Of a stretch of 32,000 nt of DNA, positions 18,744-27,115 are shown piece after piece. A program made the position numbers and the translations under genes. Location: positions 3,637,964 through 3,669,963 of the forward strand of contig NZ_JQLH01000001.1 of NCBI RefSeq assembly GCF_000744105.1, written 5' to 3'. Below the pieces are notes generated by a model. The model had not been told where the DNA came from and searched no databases. It worked only from the letters and a program-made list of their open reading frames with translations. This stretch comes from Maribacter forsetii DSM 18668. GTDB lineage: Bacteria; Bacteroidota; Bacteroidia; Flavobacteriales; Flavobacteriaceae. The stretch's first letter is position 1; every line of letters starts with the position of its first letter.

Positions 18744-19189
18744 TTCATAGCTATTAAATGAAGAAAGTATTAGCTACAAAATAGCTATAAACAATTGGGA
18801 ATAAAGTGATTAAAGAAAAGTATAACCATAATAAAAAGTCTGTTCTAAAATAAAAAGTTAGAGCATGAAATCCCCAACTGTCAATAGCCGAGACCATTGA
18901 ACAAAATTAGAGAAACGAAATACCAAATAAAGATTGTTAATTAGAATATTCACACATTTCAAATTTCACTAAATCTTTAATAGCATTAGTGGATAAATTG
19001 AAATTATAACTTTCTATAACAACGTAAATAAAATATAGCTTATAAGAGTTAAACTGAAAGATTTTGTTTATTTACAAAAAACGACAAATTTTAAAATCTG
19101 GCTCTGTGTTTATATTAAAAATAAGCTGCTTTTTTACATTTCGTTTCATACATAAACCATCAGGCAAAATTTAATATCCCCGTTCAGAC

Positions 19190-19768
19190 ATGAATATTAC
19201 TTTTATAATTATTTTAATTGCAATTTGCTCGTATTTGATTTTGGATAACATCAAAATAAGGAAAATATTAAATGAGTATAATTCTGAATTTTCTGAACGC
19301 CAAAAATCATTGAAATTAATTGAAATTAAAATATCAAAGAATAGGAAAGAGTTTGCAAATATAGAAAGAGAGTTATTTAATATTCGAATTCAAAAAGAGA
19401 AGGAAAAACTTATGTTATCTAAACTTCCAACAGAAGAATACACAAACTTAACCATTAATCAATTCAGGAAAATAACGAATAATTTAATTCAGAAAGTGGA
19501 AAATTCTATTGAAAAAGAATCTATAATTAATTTTTTAAAATTTGACTTATCATATATCGATTTGAGCAAAGTGACTTTTGAAAATCTTGAGTTAAACAGA
19601 GAAGTTGAAATAGAAAAACAAGTCGCAATAATTACCAATAGCGGAAAAATACAATGGCGAAATAGTGCTGACAACCTGAATGTCAACCTTATAATTGGAA
19701 AACCTTTAAAAAGAATCGAATATTACAATAAAGTTATAGAATTAATTATGAAAAATATTGTTGATTAA
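19190..19768 (+). CDS. hypothetical membrane-anchored coiled-coil protein
   Basis: 192 aa. Has an N-terminal TM (ITFIIILIAICSYLIL) followed by a Lys/Glu-rich heptad-like region. No recognisable catalytic motif. Very AT-rich. Confidence 0.55.
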   Translation: MNITFIIILIAICSYLILDNIKIRKILNEYNSEFSERQKSLKLIEIKISKNRKEFANIERELFNIRIQKEKEKLMLSKLPTEEYTNLTINQFRKITNNLIQKVENSIEKESIINFLKFDLSYIDLSKVTFENLELNREVEIEKQVAIITNSGKIQWRNSADNLNVNLIIGKPLKRIEYYNKVIELIMKNIVD

Positions 19769-19951
19769 ATTTAATTATGTATTACAATGAGCTCAAAAAC
19801 AAACAAATTCTTCTTTGAATCTGATACAATATTATTCTAAGCTCATAGACTCTAAAATCAGATTCTTTGAGCTTTTTTTTTAGATAATTATAAATCACAA
19901 GACAACTAATCAATAGTAAATACGTTATCGCTTTTTAAAGATTTATCCTTA

Positions 19952-21001
19952 ATGGCAAGAATATACAGAACCATAGAATCATTGAAATCTCTAAAATATG
20001 AGTTAGAAAGTAGAGGTGTTACTAGATTTAAATCTGTTAAAGAAATTAAAGAATTTTTAAAAGAATTTGATTCGGAAAAACAAGCAGTTCTAAATTACAC
20101 TAAAAACGAACTGAATGAAGAATATCATAAAACCTGTATACGTCTTAAAAGCAACACCCAAAAAAGGGTTGAAATAAGCAACTTAGCGACAGAAAAGATT
20201 GATGGACAAATTGCAGATTTACAATCAAAAATTGATATAATTCATAAAAAGAACGGTCTTAATTTTATAAACAAACTACTATCAAGTGTAAAGCTTTATT
20301 ATTTAAACAAACAACGCAATGATTTTAAAGTCAGGAAATCTAAAATAATCAATAAAGTTGTTCAGCCATTATCTCAAAAAATTAAAATTGACGAGCATTT
20401 TATATACGAATATGAAACTGACAAGCAATTATTGATTGAAACAAGAGCTAATCTTAAAATTGCTGATGTGGAATACACCCGTGATGTTTTAGAAGAATGT
20501 AAAAACCTAATTTCTGGAGCAATAGGAGAAAACTTGGTTGTAAAAGAAATTAAAAAACTTTCTGACGATTACGTTTTAATTAACGACTTCAAATTAGAAT
20601 TTTCTCCACCAATTTTTTACCAACAACAAAACGAGAGAATTTACTCTATACAAATAGACCACCTTTTAATTTCAAAAGCTGGAATTTTTATAATAGAAAC
20701 AAAAAACTGGAGCAAGAAGTCTGTCAATTCATTTAGCCTTAGGTCGCCTATAGAACAAATTAGAAGATTAAATTTTGCGCTTTACATATACATTTCAGAA
20801 AACATAACTTTGCATGACCATCATTGGGGAGAACAAAAAATTCCGATTCGAAATCTTATTGTCATGATCAACAATAAACCTAACACTCAATTTAAATATG
20901 TAAGTGTAAAATTATTGAGAGAACTTAATGCCTATATTAATTACTTTGAGCCTATCTTGACCGAGGAACAGGTTAATGAAATATCAAGTCAATTAATTTA
21001 A
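19952..21001 (+). CDS. NERD (nuclease-related) domain protein with a long N-terminal coiled-coil
   Basis: 349 aa. The C-terminal half reads GAIGENLVVKEIKKLSDDYVLINDFKLEF…IQIDHLLISKAGIFIIETKNWSKKS. This fits the NERD signature (GxxGE … D-h-h-h … E-x-K, PD-(D/E)xK-like). Confidence 0.8.
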   Translation: MARIYRTIESLKSLKYELESRGVTRFKSVKEIKEFLKEFDSEKQAVLNYTKNELNEEYHKTCIRLKSNTQKRVEISNLATEKIDGQIADLQSKIDIIHKKNGLNFINKLLSSVKLYYLNKQRNDFKVRKSKIINKVVQPLSQKIKIDEHFIYEYETDKQLLIETRANLKIADVEYTRDVLEECKNLISGAIGENLVVKEIKKLSDDYVLINDFKLEFSPPIFYQQQNERIYSIQIDHLLISKAGIFIIETKNWSKKSVNSFSLRSPIEQIRRLNFALYIYISENITLHDHHWGEQKIPIRNLIVMINNKPNTQFKYVSVKLLRELNAYINYFEPILTEEQVNEISSQLI

Positions 21002-21040
21002 ACAAACCCTATTCACAAACCCTATTCACAAACACAATAC

Positions 21041-21499
21041 ATGGAACAACAAGGCTCAGATATCATTGCAAATAGATACAAGAAATTTATAAAAACGGTT
21101 TGCGAAACAGACATTGTTTATGCGCTTCAAAATCATGAAGGCTTTGCCACCTCAGCTTCTGCGCATTATGAAAATGAACGTGGTAAACCTGTTGACATAC
21201 TATGTTTTTGGGCAGAAAATGGCAGAGCAAAATCTTGTACCATAAACCATTGGGAGAACTACCAGATTACAGAAATAGCATTAGTTGATTTCATAGAAAA
21301 TTGGGGTGTAGGCATGGAAAATGACGGAATATTAGCAGGTATTGAATTCGACCAAAATATGTTTGGCTATGAAGCTAAACCCTTAGATTTAATTCTTGCC
21401 TTAGTTGCTGAAATAAAAGCGACCAATAAAGAACTACCACTTCAAAAATTTGAAAATATTGCTGATTTAGAAAAACAGGCGAAAGAGGCGAATGGGTAA
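21041..21499 (+). CDS. small cytoplasmic hypothetical protein, DUF2750-like
   Basis: 152 aa. The pattern RYKKFIKTV…VYALQNHEGFA…LCFWAENGRAKSC…ITEIALVDFIENW…DGILAGIEF resembles my recollection of the DUF2750 family. Unverified. Confidence 0.5.
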   Translation: MEQQGSDIIANRYKKFIKTVCETDIVYALQNHEGFATSASAHYENERGKPVDILCFWAENGRAKSCTINHWENYQITEIALVDFIENWGVGMENDGILAGIEFDQNMFGYEAKPLDLILALVAEIKATNKELPLQKFENIADLEKQAKEANG

Positions 21500-21552
21500 A
21501 AAATTAATACCGTTTAATGAGTAGCATTTTAGCAAGTAGATAAAAGTGCCTC

Positions 21553-22251
21553 TTATAATTTCAGAAAATCAAGAACTTTAGTTTTATATACTTTACCTAT
21601 GGGAACTTGATGCTCTTTTATTTGTATTCTATTGCCCTCTAAAGTTTCAATATGTTTTTTTGCTACTATAAATGATTTATGTACTTGAATGAATTTATCT
21701 TCAGCAAGCATTTCTAATGCATCTGATATTTTTTCTCGAATTAGAATCTGACCTTCGATTAAAATAACCTTACAATAGTTTCCGGCTGCTTCAACAAGTA
21801 ATATATCATTCAATTTTACCTGAATATGCTTTTTATCGCTGTATAGAAAAATGAACGATTCTTCTACATTTTTTATAGCTTCTAATTGTAGTGAATAACC
21901 TTTTTGTTGTATGGTTTTATTGATGGCTTTCAAAAACCGTTCAAAACTAAATGGTTTTAATAAATAATCTATAACATTCAGCTCATACCCTTCTAAAGCA
22001 TACTCCCTGTAGGCTGTAGTGACTATAATTTTTGGAGGATTCTGTAGTGTTCTTAAAAAATCGAATCCCTTTAATTTGGGCATATTTAAATCTAAAAAAA
22101 TTAAATCTACTTGATTACCCTGCAAATAGGCCAATGCTTCTATAGCGTCATAACAATGCTTAGCTAATTTCATATTTGACAACAAATCACCATAGCCTTT
22201 TATGATTTCATGAGCTATTGGTTCATCATCAATAATTAAATATGTAATCAT
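21553..22251 (-). CDS. LytR/AlgR-family response regulator (REC + LytTR DNA-binding domain)
   Basis: 232 aa. The receiver domain has the phospho-acceptor context LIFLDLNMP. The C-terminal LytTR pattern reads IQVKLNDILLVEAAGNYCKV…FIQVHKSFIV. There is a 4-nt overlap with the kinase gene. Confidence 0.9.
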   Translation of the reverse strand: MITYLIIDDEPIAHEIIKGYGDLLSNMKLAKHCYDAIEALAYLQGNQVDLIFLDLNMPKLKGFDFLRTLQNPPKIIVTTAYREYALEGYELNVIDYLLKPFSFERFLKAINKTIQQKGYSLQLEAIKNVEESFIFLYSDKKHIQVKLNDILLVEAAGNYCKVILIEGQILIREKISDALEMLAEDKFIQVHKSFIVAKKHIETLEGNRIQIKEHQVPIGKVYKTKVLDFLKL

Positions 22252-23066
22252 ACGTGTAGTTCTAATTGTGCTTTAAATACTATATTGTTCTTTTCTACAC
22301 TAAGTTGATGCTTTTTAGGATATGCCAGCGCCAATCTTCGTTTTAAGTTTTTGAGACCTATCCCTTTTGTCTCTGTAATTTCATTTTGATCAAAATTGTT
22401 TTTTATCTCAAAAAGTAATCTTTCGTTACCGGTTTTTAAATGTATGGCAACATATGCTTTTTCCCGCAAATTCTCTACACCATGTTTAAAGGCATTCTCT
22501 AATAGAATAATCAATAACAATGGTCTTATTTTTAATGTATCATCTACTACATCTATTATAAACTCAATATCAATTTTCTTATGATACCTCATTTTATGTA
22601 ACGCTATGTAATTTTGTAAATACGAAATCTCTTCTGCCAACGTAACAGTTTCCTTTTCCCCTTCATAAATACTATACCGCATTAAATCTGACAACTTTAA
22701 AATAAGGTCTTTAGCCCCATCGGTATCTTTATCAACCATACCGTACACATTGTTTAACATGTTAAAAAAGAAATGCGGGTTCACCTGACTTTGCAAATGC
22801 AACAACTCACTTTTTTTGGTTTCATTTTTTAAATTTAAAATGGCGATCAATTGTTTTATTAGCCATAGCAACCCAACCACTAGTAAGAGTGAATAATAAA
22901 CAACCACGATTACACCTACTACCGATGGGTAATCTGCCAGAAAAACAACAGATTCATTACCTAAGATAATAAACTCATACGTGGTAATTGACAAAGGGAT
23001 CAGTATAGTTATTAGCACCACTACTTTGACTACCAGCCAATTATTTTTCTTTAAAAATTGCATCAT
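22248..23066 (-). CDS. LytS/YehU-type sensor histidine kinase (2 TM, minimal sensor)
   Basis: 272 aa with two N-terminal TM segments. The His-kinase region LQSQVNPHFFFNMLNNV is typical of the LytS-type (His_kinase) family. The N-box reads LLENAFKHG. Confidence 0.85.
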   Translation of the reverse strand: MMQFLKKNNWLVVKVVVLITILIPLSITTYEFIILGNESVVFLADYPSVVGVIVVVYYSLLLVVGLLWLIKQLIAILNLKNETKKSELLHLQSQVNPHFFFNMLNNVYGMVDKDTDGAKDLILKLSDLMRYSIYEGEKETVTLAEEISYLQNYIALHKMRYHKKIDIEFIIDVVDDTLKIRPLLLIILLENAFKHGVENLREKAYVAIHLKTGNERLLFEIKNNFDQNEITETKGIGLKNLKRRLALAYPKKHQLSVEKNNIVFKAQLELHV

Positions 23067-23273
23067 GCTACAAAAATAAAAGAAATACTACCGCAAATAA
23101 TTAATAGTGACAAACGCATCTATTTCTGTTACAAACAACTTTTAAACTAGGTCAAAAACAGTTCAACACTCCCAGTTGCAAGTATAGCCTCCAATTATAT
23201 AAGTATATCACATAAAATTTTAGGTCTATTCTTTTGCCCCCATGTTTGCGCCATCATCAATCAAAAAACGAAC

Positions 23274-24461
23274 ATGAAATCAAGTAACATGAAAGAAAGA
23301 ATTATTCGCTATTTTAAAAATGTACTCGGCACTATAATAGTTTTATTAATCATTGGCATTATCGTCGTTGTCTCGTTAAACGGAAGTGTGGCTTACGGTA
23401 CCGATCCACTAAGCCTTAATTTAGACAGGGAAGGTCCTTATGTATTTTATGAAAATGACAGCACCATTAACGTACAATATATTAGAGGGAATAAAACTGA
23501 TGGTTTTTATGTGGACAAAACAACGCACAATAGTAAAGAACACATTGCCGCTATAAGCCAATTTCCTTTAGACAACTCTAGTTTTAGTTTTAAAATCAGG
23601 TCTGAATTTGAAATTCCGGCAACCTCCTATACCGACAACCAACCTATTGTAGCCATTTCTGATATTGAAAGTGGTTATAAAACATTTCGCGATTTTTTAA
23701 TTACCCACAACGTAATAGACACCAACTTAAATTGGATTTTTAAGAAAGGTCATCTTGTACTTGTTGGTGATTTTGTGGATAGAGGTTTTTCTACTACCCA
23801 AGTACTTTGGTTCATTTACAAACTGGAACAAGATGCTAAAAATAATGGCGGACACGTACATTTTATTATTGGCAATCATGAGCTTTACAACATGCAAGGT
23901 AAATTTAAATCGGCTTCTTACAAGTATTACGGTGTTGCCTCTATTTTAGAAAAACAACACCATGACCTCTATAATAAAAACGCTTTTCTAGGACGATGGA
24001 TGGCTTCTAAAAATACTATAGAGCGTATTAACGGGCATTTATTTGCTCACGGAGGCATTCACCCAGATATAGCCAGATATGACATTACATTAGACCAGGC
24101 CAATCAAATAAACAGAGACAATTATCACCTATCCTATTTTCCGAAACCTGAAGAGACTATTGAACAATTAGTTACTTCTAACAAAAAAGGAATCTGTTGG
24201 TACAGAGGTTATTTTAAAGATGACCTATCACAGGAAGATGTTACCCAAGGAATTGAAAAATTTAATGCAACCGATATTATTGTTGGTCACACCCTACAAT
24301 GGTCTGTAAAAAAACTATTTAATGGAAAAGTTTATGCTATTGATGTGAAACACCCAAAAGATTATAATAAAAACTGGCCAAACAAAAATTCCGAAGGTCT
24401 GCTTATTAAGCAAGAGAAATTCTTCAGGCTAAAGAATGATGGTAAACAATTGGAATTATAA
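23274..24461 (+). CDS. membrane-anchored calcineurin-like metallophosphoesterase
   Basis: 395 aa with an N-terminal TM (LGTIIVLLIIGIIVVVSL). Has the PPP-type motifs GDFVDRG and GNHE. The first motif reads SDIESG, which is DxE rather than the canonical DxH. Confidence 0.8.
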   Translation: MKSSNMKERIIRYFKNVLGTIIVLLIIGIIVVVSLNGSVAYGTDPLSLNLDREGPYVFYENDSTINVQYIRGNKTDGFYVDKTTHNSKEHIAAISQFPLDNSSFSFKIRSEFEIPATSYTDNQPIVAISDIESGYKTFRDFLITHNVIDTNLNWIFKKGHLVLVGDFVDRGFSTTQVLWFIYKLEQDAKNNGGHVHFIIGNHELYNMQGKFKSASYKYYGVASILEKQHHDLYNKNAFLGRWMASKNTIERINGHLFAHGGIHPDIARYDITLDQANQINRDNYHLSYFPKPEETIEQLVTSNKKGICWYRGYFKDDLSQEDVTQGIEKFNATDIIVGHTLQWSVKKLFNGKVYAIDVKHPKDYNKNWPNKNSEGLLIKQEKFFRLKNDGKQLEL

Positions 24462-24526
24462 AAATTCTAATTTAATATTGGATTCTGATGAAATAATAGT
24501 GTTTTTCTTAAATTTAGAATAAAAAC

Positions 24527-25015
24527 ATGCTACACCTCATCGTCGGTAATACAGGTTCAGGTAAAACAACCTATTCAAACGAACTAAAAAAGAAAACAAA
24601 AGGTGTGATTTTCTCTATAGACACTTGGAATAATACCTTATTTCTACCAGACAAAACTGCAACCGACGGATTAGCATGGTTTTTAGAACGTATTGAACGG
24701 GCTGAGAAGATGATATTAAATTTGGTAACGCAATTAGAGGAATCTGATACCGATGCTATTTTAGACTTGGGATTATCGAAATTTGAACATCGCGAAAAAT
24801 TTAGAGCTTTTGCAGCATCTAATGGGTTCGAGATTCAACTTCACTATTTAGATATTTCTAAAGAAACCAGATGGCAACGTGTACAACAGCGCAACACCGA
24901 AAAAGGAGCTACGTTTGAGTTTGAAGTTAGCCAAGAGAATTTCGATTTCATGGAAACCTGGTTTGAAAAACCTACCGAAAATGAACTAAAAGGTAGTGTC
25001 ATTATCACCGAATAA
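24527..25015 (+). CDS. P-loop NTPase / small kinase-like ATP-binding protein
   Basis: 162 aa. Walker A is GNTGSGKTT at residues 7-15. The size and layout resemble AAA_33/zeta-toxin-like kinases. No specific function can be assigned. Confidence 0.65.
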   Translation: MLHLIVGNTGSGKTTYSNELKKKTKGVIFSIDTWNNTLFLPDKTATDGLAWFLERIERAEKMILNLVTQLEESDTDAILDLGLSKFEHREKFRAFAASNGFEIQLHYLDISKETRWQRVQQRNTEKGATFEFEVSQENFDFMETWFEKPTENELKGSVIITE

Positions 25016-25084
25016 TACTAATTTTACGCCAGCGTTCTTCGCTAAACCTCAACAAAAAACCATACTCCTAACCAAACCAGTTAC

Positions 25085-25813
25085 TTGAACGTAAAACATA
25101 CCTTCGTCAACTTTTTTCTAAAATCTAGCAGCAAGCATGAATGCCATGAAGTGCTTAGCAAATGGAACGTGTATTATACCGCCTTATCCAAAAAACACCA
25201 ACAGTCTTTTGTGGTGAGAACTTTGTTGTTCTTAAATACTACAAATTTTGGCTCTAAGGAAGGTTTTGAACTTACTACAGAAATGAAACTGGTCATTTCC
25301 AGTGCTTTTGTTGAGATTACTTTTGGTCTAAAGCAAGATGTTTTAAGCATCTTTAAAACCGTATTCGTTACTCCGTCTTCATACGCATACACAGGCAGAG
25401 ATGTTTTATATGATGGTGATGTAAATACGGTTACCAAGCGTGTAAACATGTCATGGCCTGCCGTAGAGAAGGGTTTTATCATTAACGATGACGGACTAAA
25501 CATTGCCATACACGAATTCAGCCATTGCCTGATTATTGAACATGCTAAAGGTTCCTACTTCTCTAAGGTATTCAATGATACGGATCTCAACGCTTGGAAA
25601 GAACTGGCTACTAAAAAAATACCACTTATACGTGAAGGTAAATACACCATTTTTAGAGACTATGGCGGCACTAATTTAATGGAGCTTTTTGCCATTACGT
25701 TAGAAACGTTTTTTGAGCAACCTCATGAGTTTTATTCTTATTCGCCCACCTTTTACCGTACCACCGCCAAGGTGCTTAAACAAGACCCACGGAACGGCAA
25801 AAATCCGAAGTAA
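25085..25813 (+). CDS. zinc metallopeptidase, MtfA/M90-like
   Basis: 242 aa in the track, from TTG 25085. Has the HExxH motif HEFSH followed by LMELFAITLETFF, which resembles glucose-regulated peptidase MtfA-type proteins. The start codon is uncertain because there is no early in-frame ATG. Confidence 0.6.
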   Translation: MNVKHTFVNFFLKSSSKHECHEVLSKWNVYYTALSKKHQQSFVVRTLLFLNTTNFGSKEGFELTTEMKLVISSAFVEITFGLKQDVLSIFKTVFVTPSSYAYTGRDVLYDGDVNTVTKRVNMSWPAVEKGFIINDDGLNIAIHEFSHCLIIEHAKGSYFSKVFNDTDLNAWKELATKKIPLIREGKYTIFRDYGGTNLMELFAITLETFFEQPHEFYSYSPTFYRTTAKVLKQDPRNGKNPK

Positions 25814-25950
25814 AAAAGAAATTACATAGGGTCATAATTTTATCTAACACTATAAGAAAATACGGAACAAAAGCGAATTGCTCTTTCCGTAACCTGAGAA
25901 GTGTCATAGTTTAGCATACCAATGTTTTATACTATTGTAAAAATACGAGC

Positions 25951-26295
25951 ATGCAAAAGGTATCTTTCACTGAAAATTTAGATTTTAACGATGATAAAAT
26001 AGTCACCAAAGTTCTTTTAGAAACTTCTTTCTCAAAAGAGATTAGAATTCTTTTAAAGAAAGGGCAACTCATGAAAGAGCACAAGGCTCCTTTTTCCATT
26101 ATCATCCATATAGTTGAAGGGAGTATTGACTTTGGTGTTGAAGGCAAAGTTCATATGCTAAAACAAGGAGATATCATTACCTTAGCTGCCAATGTTCCGC
26201 ATGACCTTTTAGCAAAATCCGACAGTATTGTGCGTCTTACCCTTTCTAAACAAGATGCCGCTGAACGAATAGAAAAAGTTGTTGCCGATTCATAA
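25951..26295 (+). CDS. cupin-domain protein
   Basis: 114 aa. The size and the pattern (…EHKAPFSIIIHIVEGSIDFGVEG…GDIITLAANVPHDL) fit a single-barrel cupin. Confidence 0.7.
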   Translation: MQKVSFTENLDFNDDKIVTKVLLETSFSKEIRILLKKGQLMKEHKAPFSIIIHIVEGSIDFGVEGKVHMLKQGDIITLAANVPHDLLAKSDSIVRLTLSKQDAAERIEKVVADS

Positions 26296-26304
26296 AAAGA
26301 GACT

Positions 26305-26706
26305 ATGACCCAAATTACCAATAGAGAAGATGTGCGTGTATTGGTACATACCTTTTACGATAAAATACGGCAAAACGAAATGCTAGGACCCATTTTCAAC
26401 GGACATATTACCGACGAGCAATGGCCTACACATTTAAGCAAACTCACAGATTTCTGGGAGTCTAATCTTTTTGGTGTCCGCACGTTTAGGGGAAGTCCGT
26501 CTAAGGCCCACGTCAAGGTCGATAAAAATCTCCATCATTCCATATCACAAGACCACTTTGCACAATGGCTACAACTTTGGTTTGAAACCATTGACGAACT
26601 GTACGAGGGCGAATTGGCTACGAGAGCTAAAGACATGGCCCGTAGAATGTCTACAGGGCAGTATATTCACATTTGGCAAAGTAGACCGGAAGAATTTAAA
26701 AACTAG
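26305..26706 (+). CDS. group III truncated haemoglobin-like globin
   Basis: 133 aa. The pattern VHTFYDKIRQNEMLGPIF…WPTHLSKLTDFWESNLFG…FRGSP…H… resembles the group III truncated globin family. It starts 9 nt downstream of the cupin gene. Confidence 0.7.
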   Translation: MTQITNREDVRVLVHTFYDKIRQNEMLGPIFNGHITDEQWPTHLSKLTDFWESNLFGVRTFRGSPSKAHVKVDKNLHHSISQDHFAQWLQLWFETIDELYEGELATRAKDMARRMSTGQYIHIWQSRPEEFKN

Positions 26707-26842
26707 GTTTTAGGTTTTAGTAGGCAGTATTCAGTATTCAGTAACAGTTGGCAGTTTCAGTTTTCAGTGGCTATTGGCTATTGGCTATTGGCTATTGGCT
26801 ATTGGCTATTGGCTATTGGCTATTGGCTATTGGCTATTGGCT
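26707..26842. repeat. heptamer-periodic microsatellite block ending in (GGCTATT)x10
   Basis: Begins directly after the TAG stop at 26704-26706. The sequence runs gttttag x2 (26707-26720), then cagtatt-type units, then cagtt-type units. It ends with 10 perfect GGCTATT units plus a partial unit at 26769-26842. Confidence 0.95.
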
Positions 26843-27115
26843 GTGTAAACAATTTAGCTTAGCTAAATACAAATTAAAAATAAGTCTAACATCTACACTC
26901 TATTTTCTCTCTTTAAACTTTACAATTATTACTTAATACTTTGTACTTAATACTGATTTTAAGCTTCTGATAAAACAAGTCTATTCTCTATCATCTATTT
27001 TCTCTATTCCACTTTACAATAGCTACTTAATTTAAACCCTCTACCATTGACGAAGCATGTATGCCAAATCTATTTCGTAAATTGAACATGAAATAATTTT
27101 CAAATTGAAACTTCT

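Noticed and set aside
16193-21538. Short similar words near the island edges (ttagctaagta at 16193-16203; ttagcaagta at 21529-21538) as possible att-like direct repeats
   Set aside because: They are only about 10 bp long, imperfect (1 indel) and lie in AT-rich sequence, so a chance match is likely. No integrase is present to support site-specific insertion.
16100-21550. Prophage, ICE or transposon identity for the AT-rich island
   Set aside because: I could recognise no integrase, transposase, recombinase, structural phage gene, tRNA target or terminal inverted repeats. Only the compositional step and the defence-type genes support horizontal origin.
25862-25890. Inverted repeat acggaa-N17-ttccgt upstream of the cupin gene as a defined operator or riboswitch
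   Set aside because: It has only 6-bp arms and no similarity to a binding-site consensus I know. It is too weak to annotate as a feature.
26748-26936. 62-aa ORF with GYWLLAI repeats
   Set aside because: It is a translation artefact of the (GGCTATT)n microsatellite and flanking repeats.
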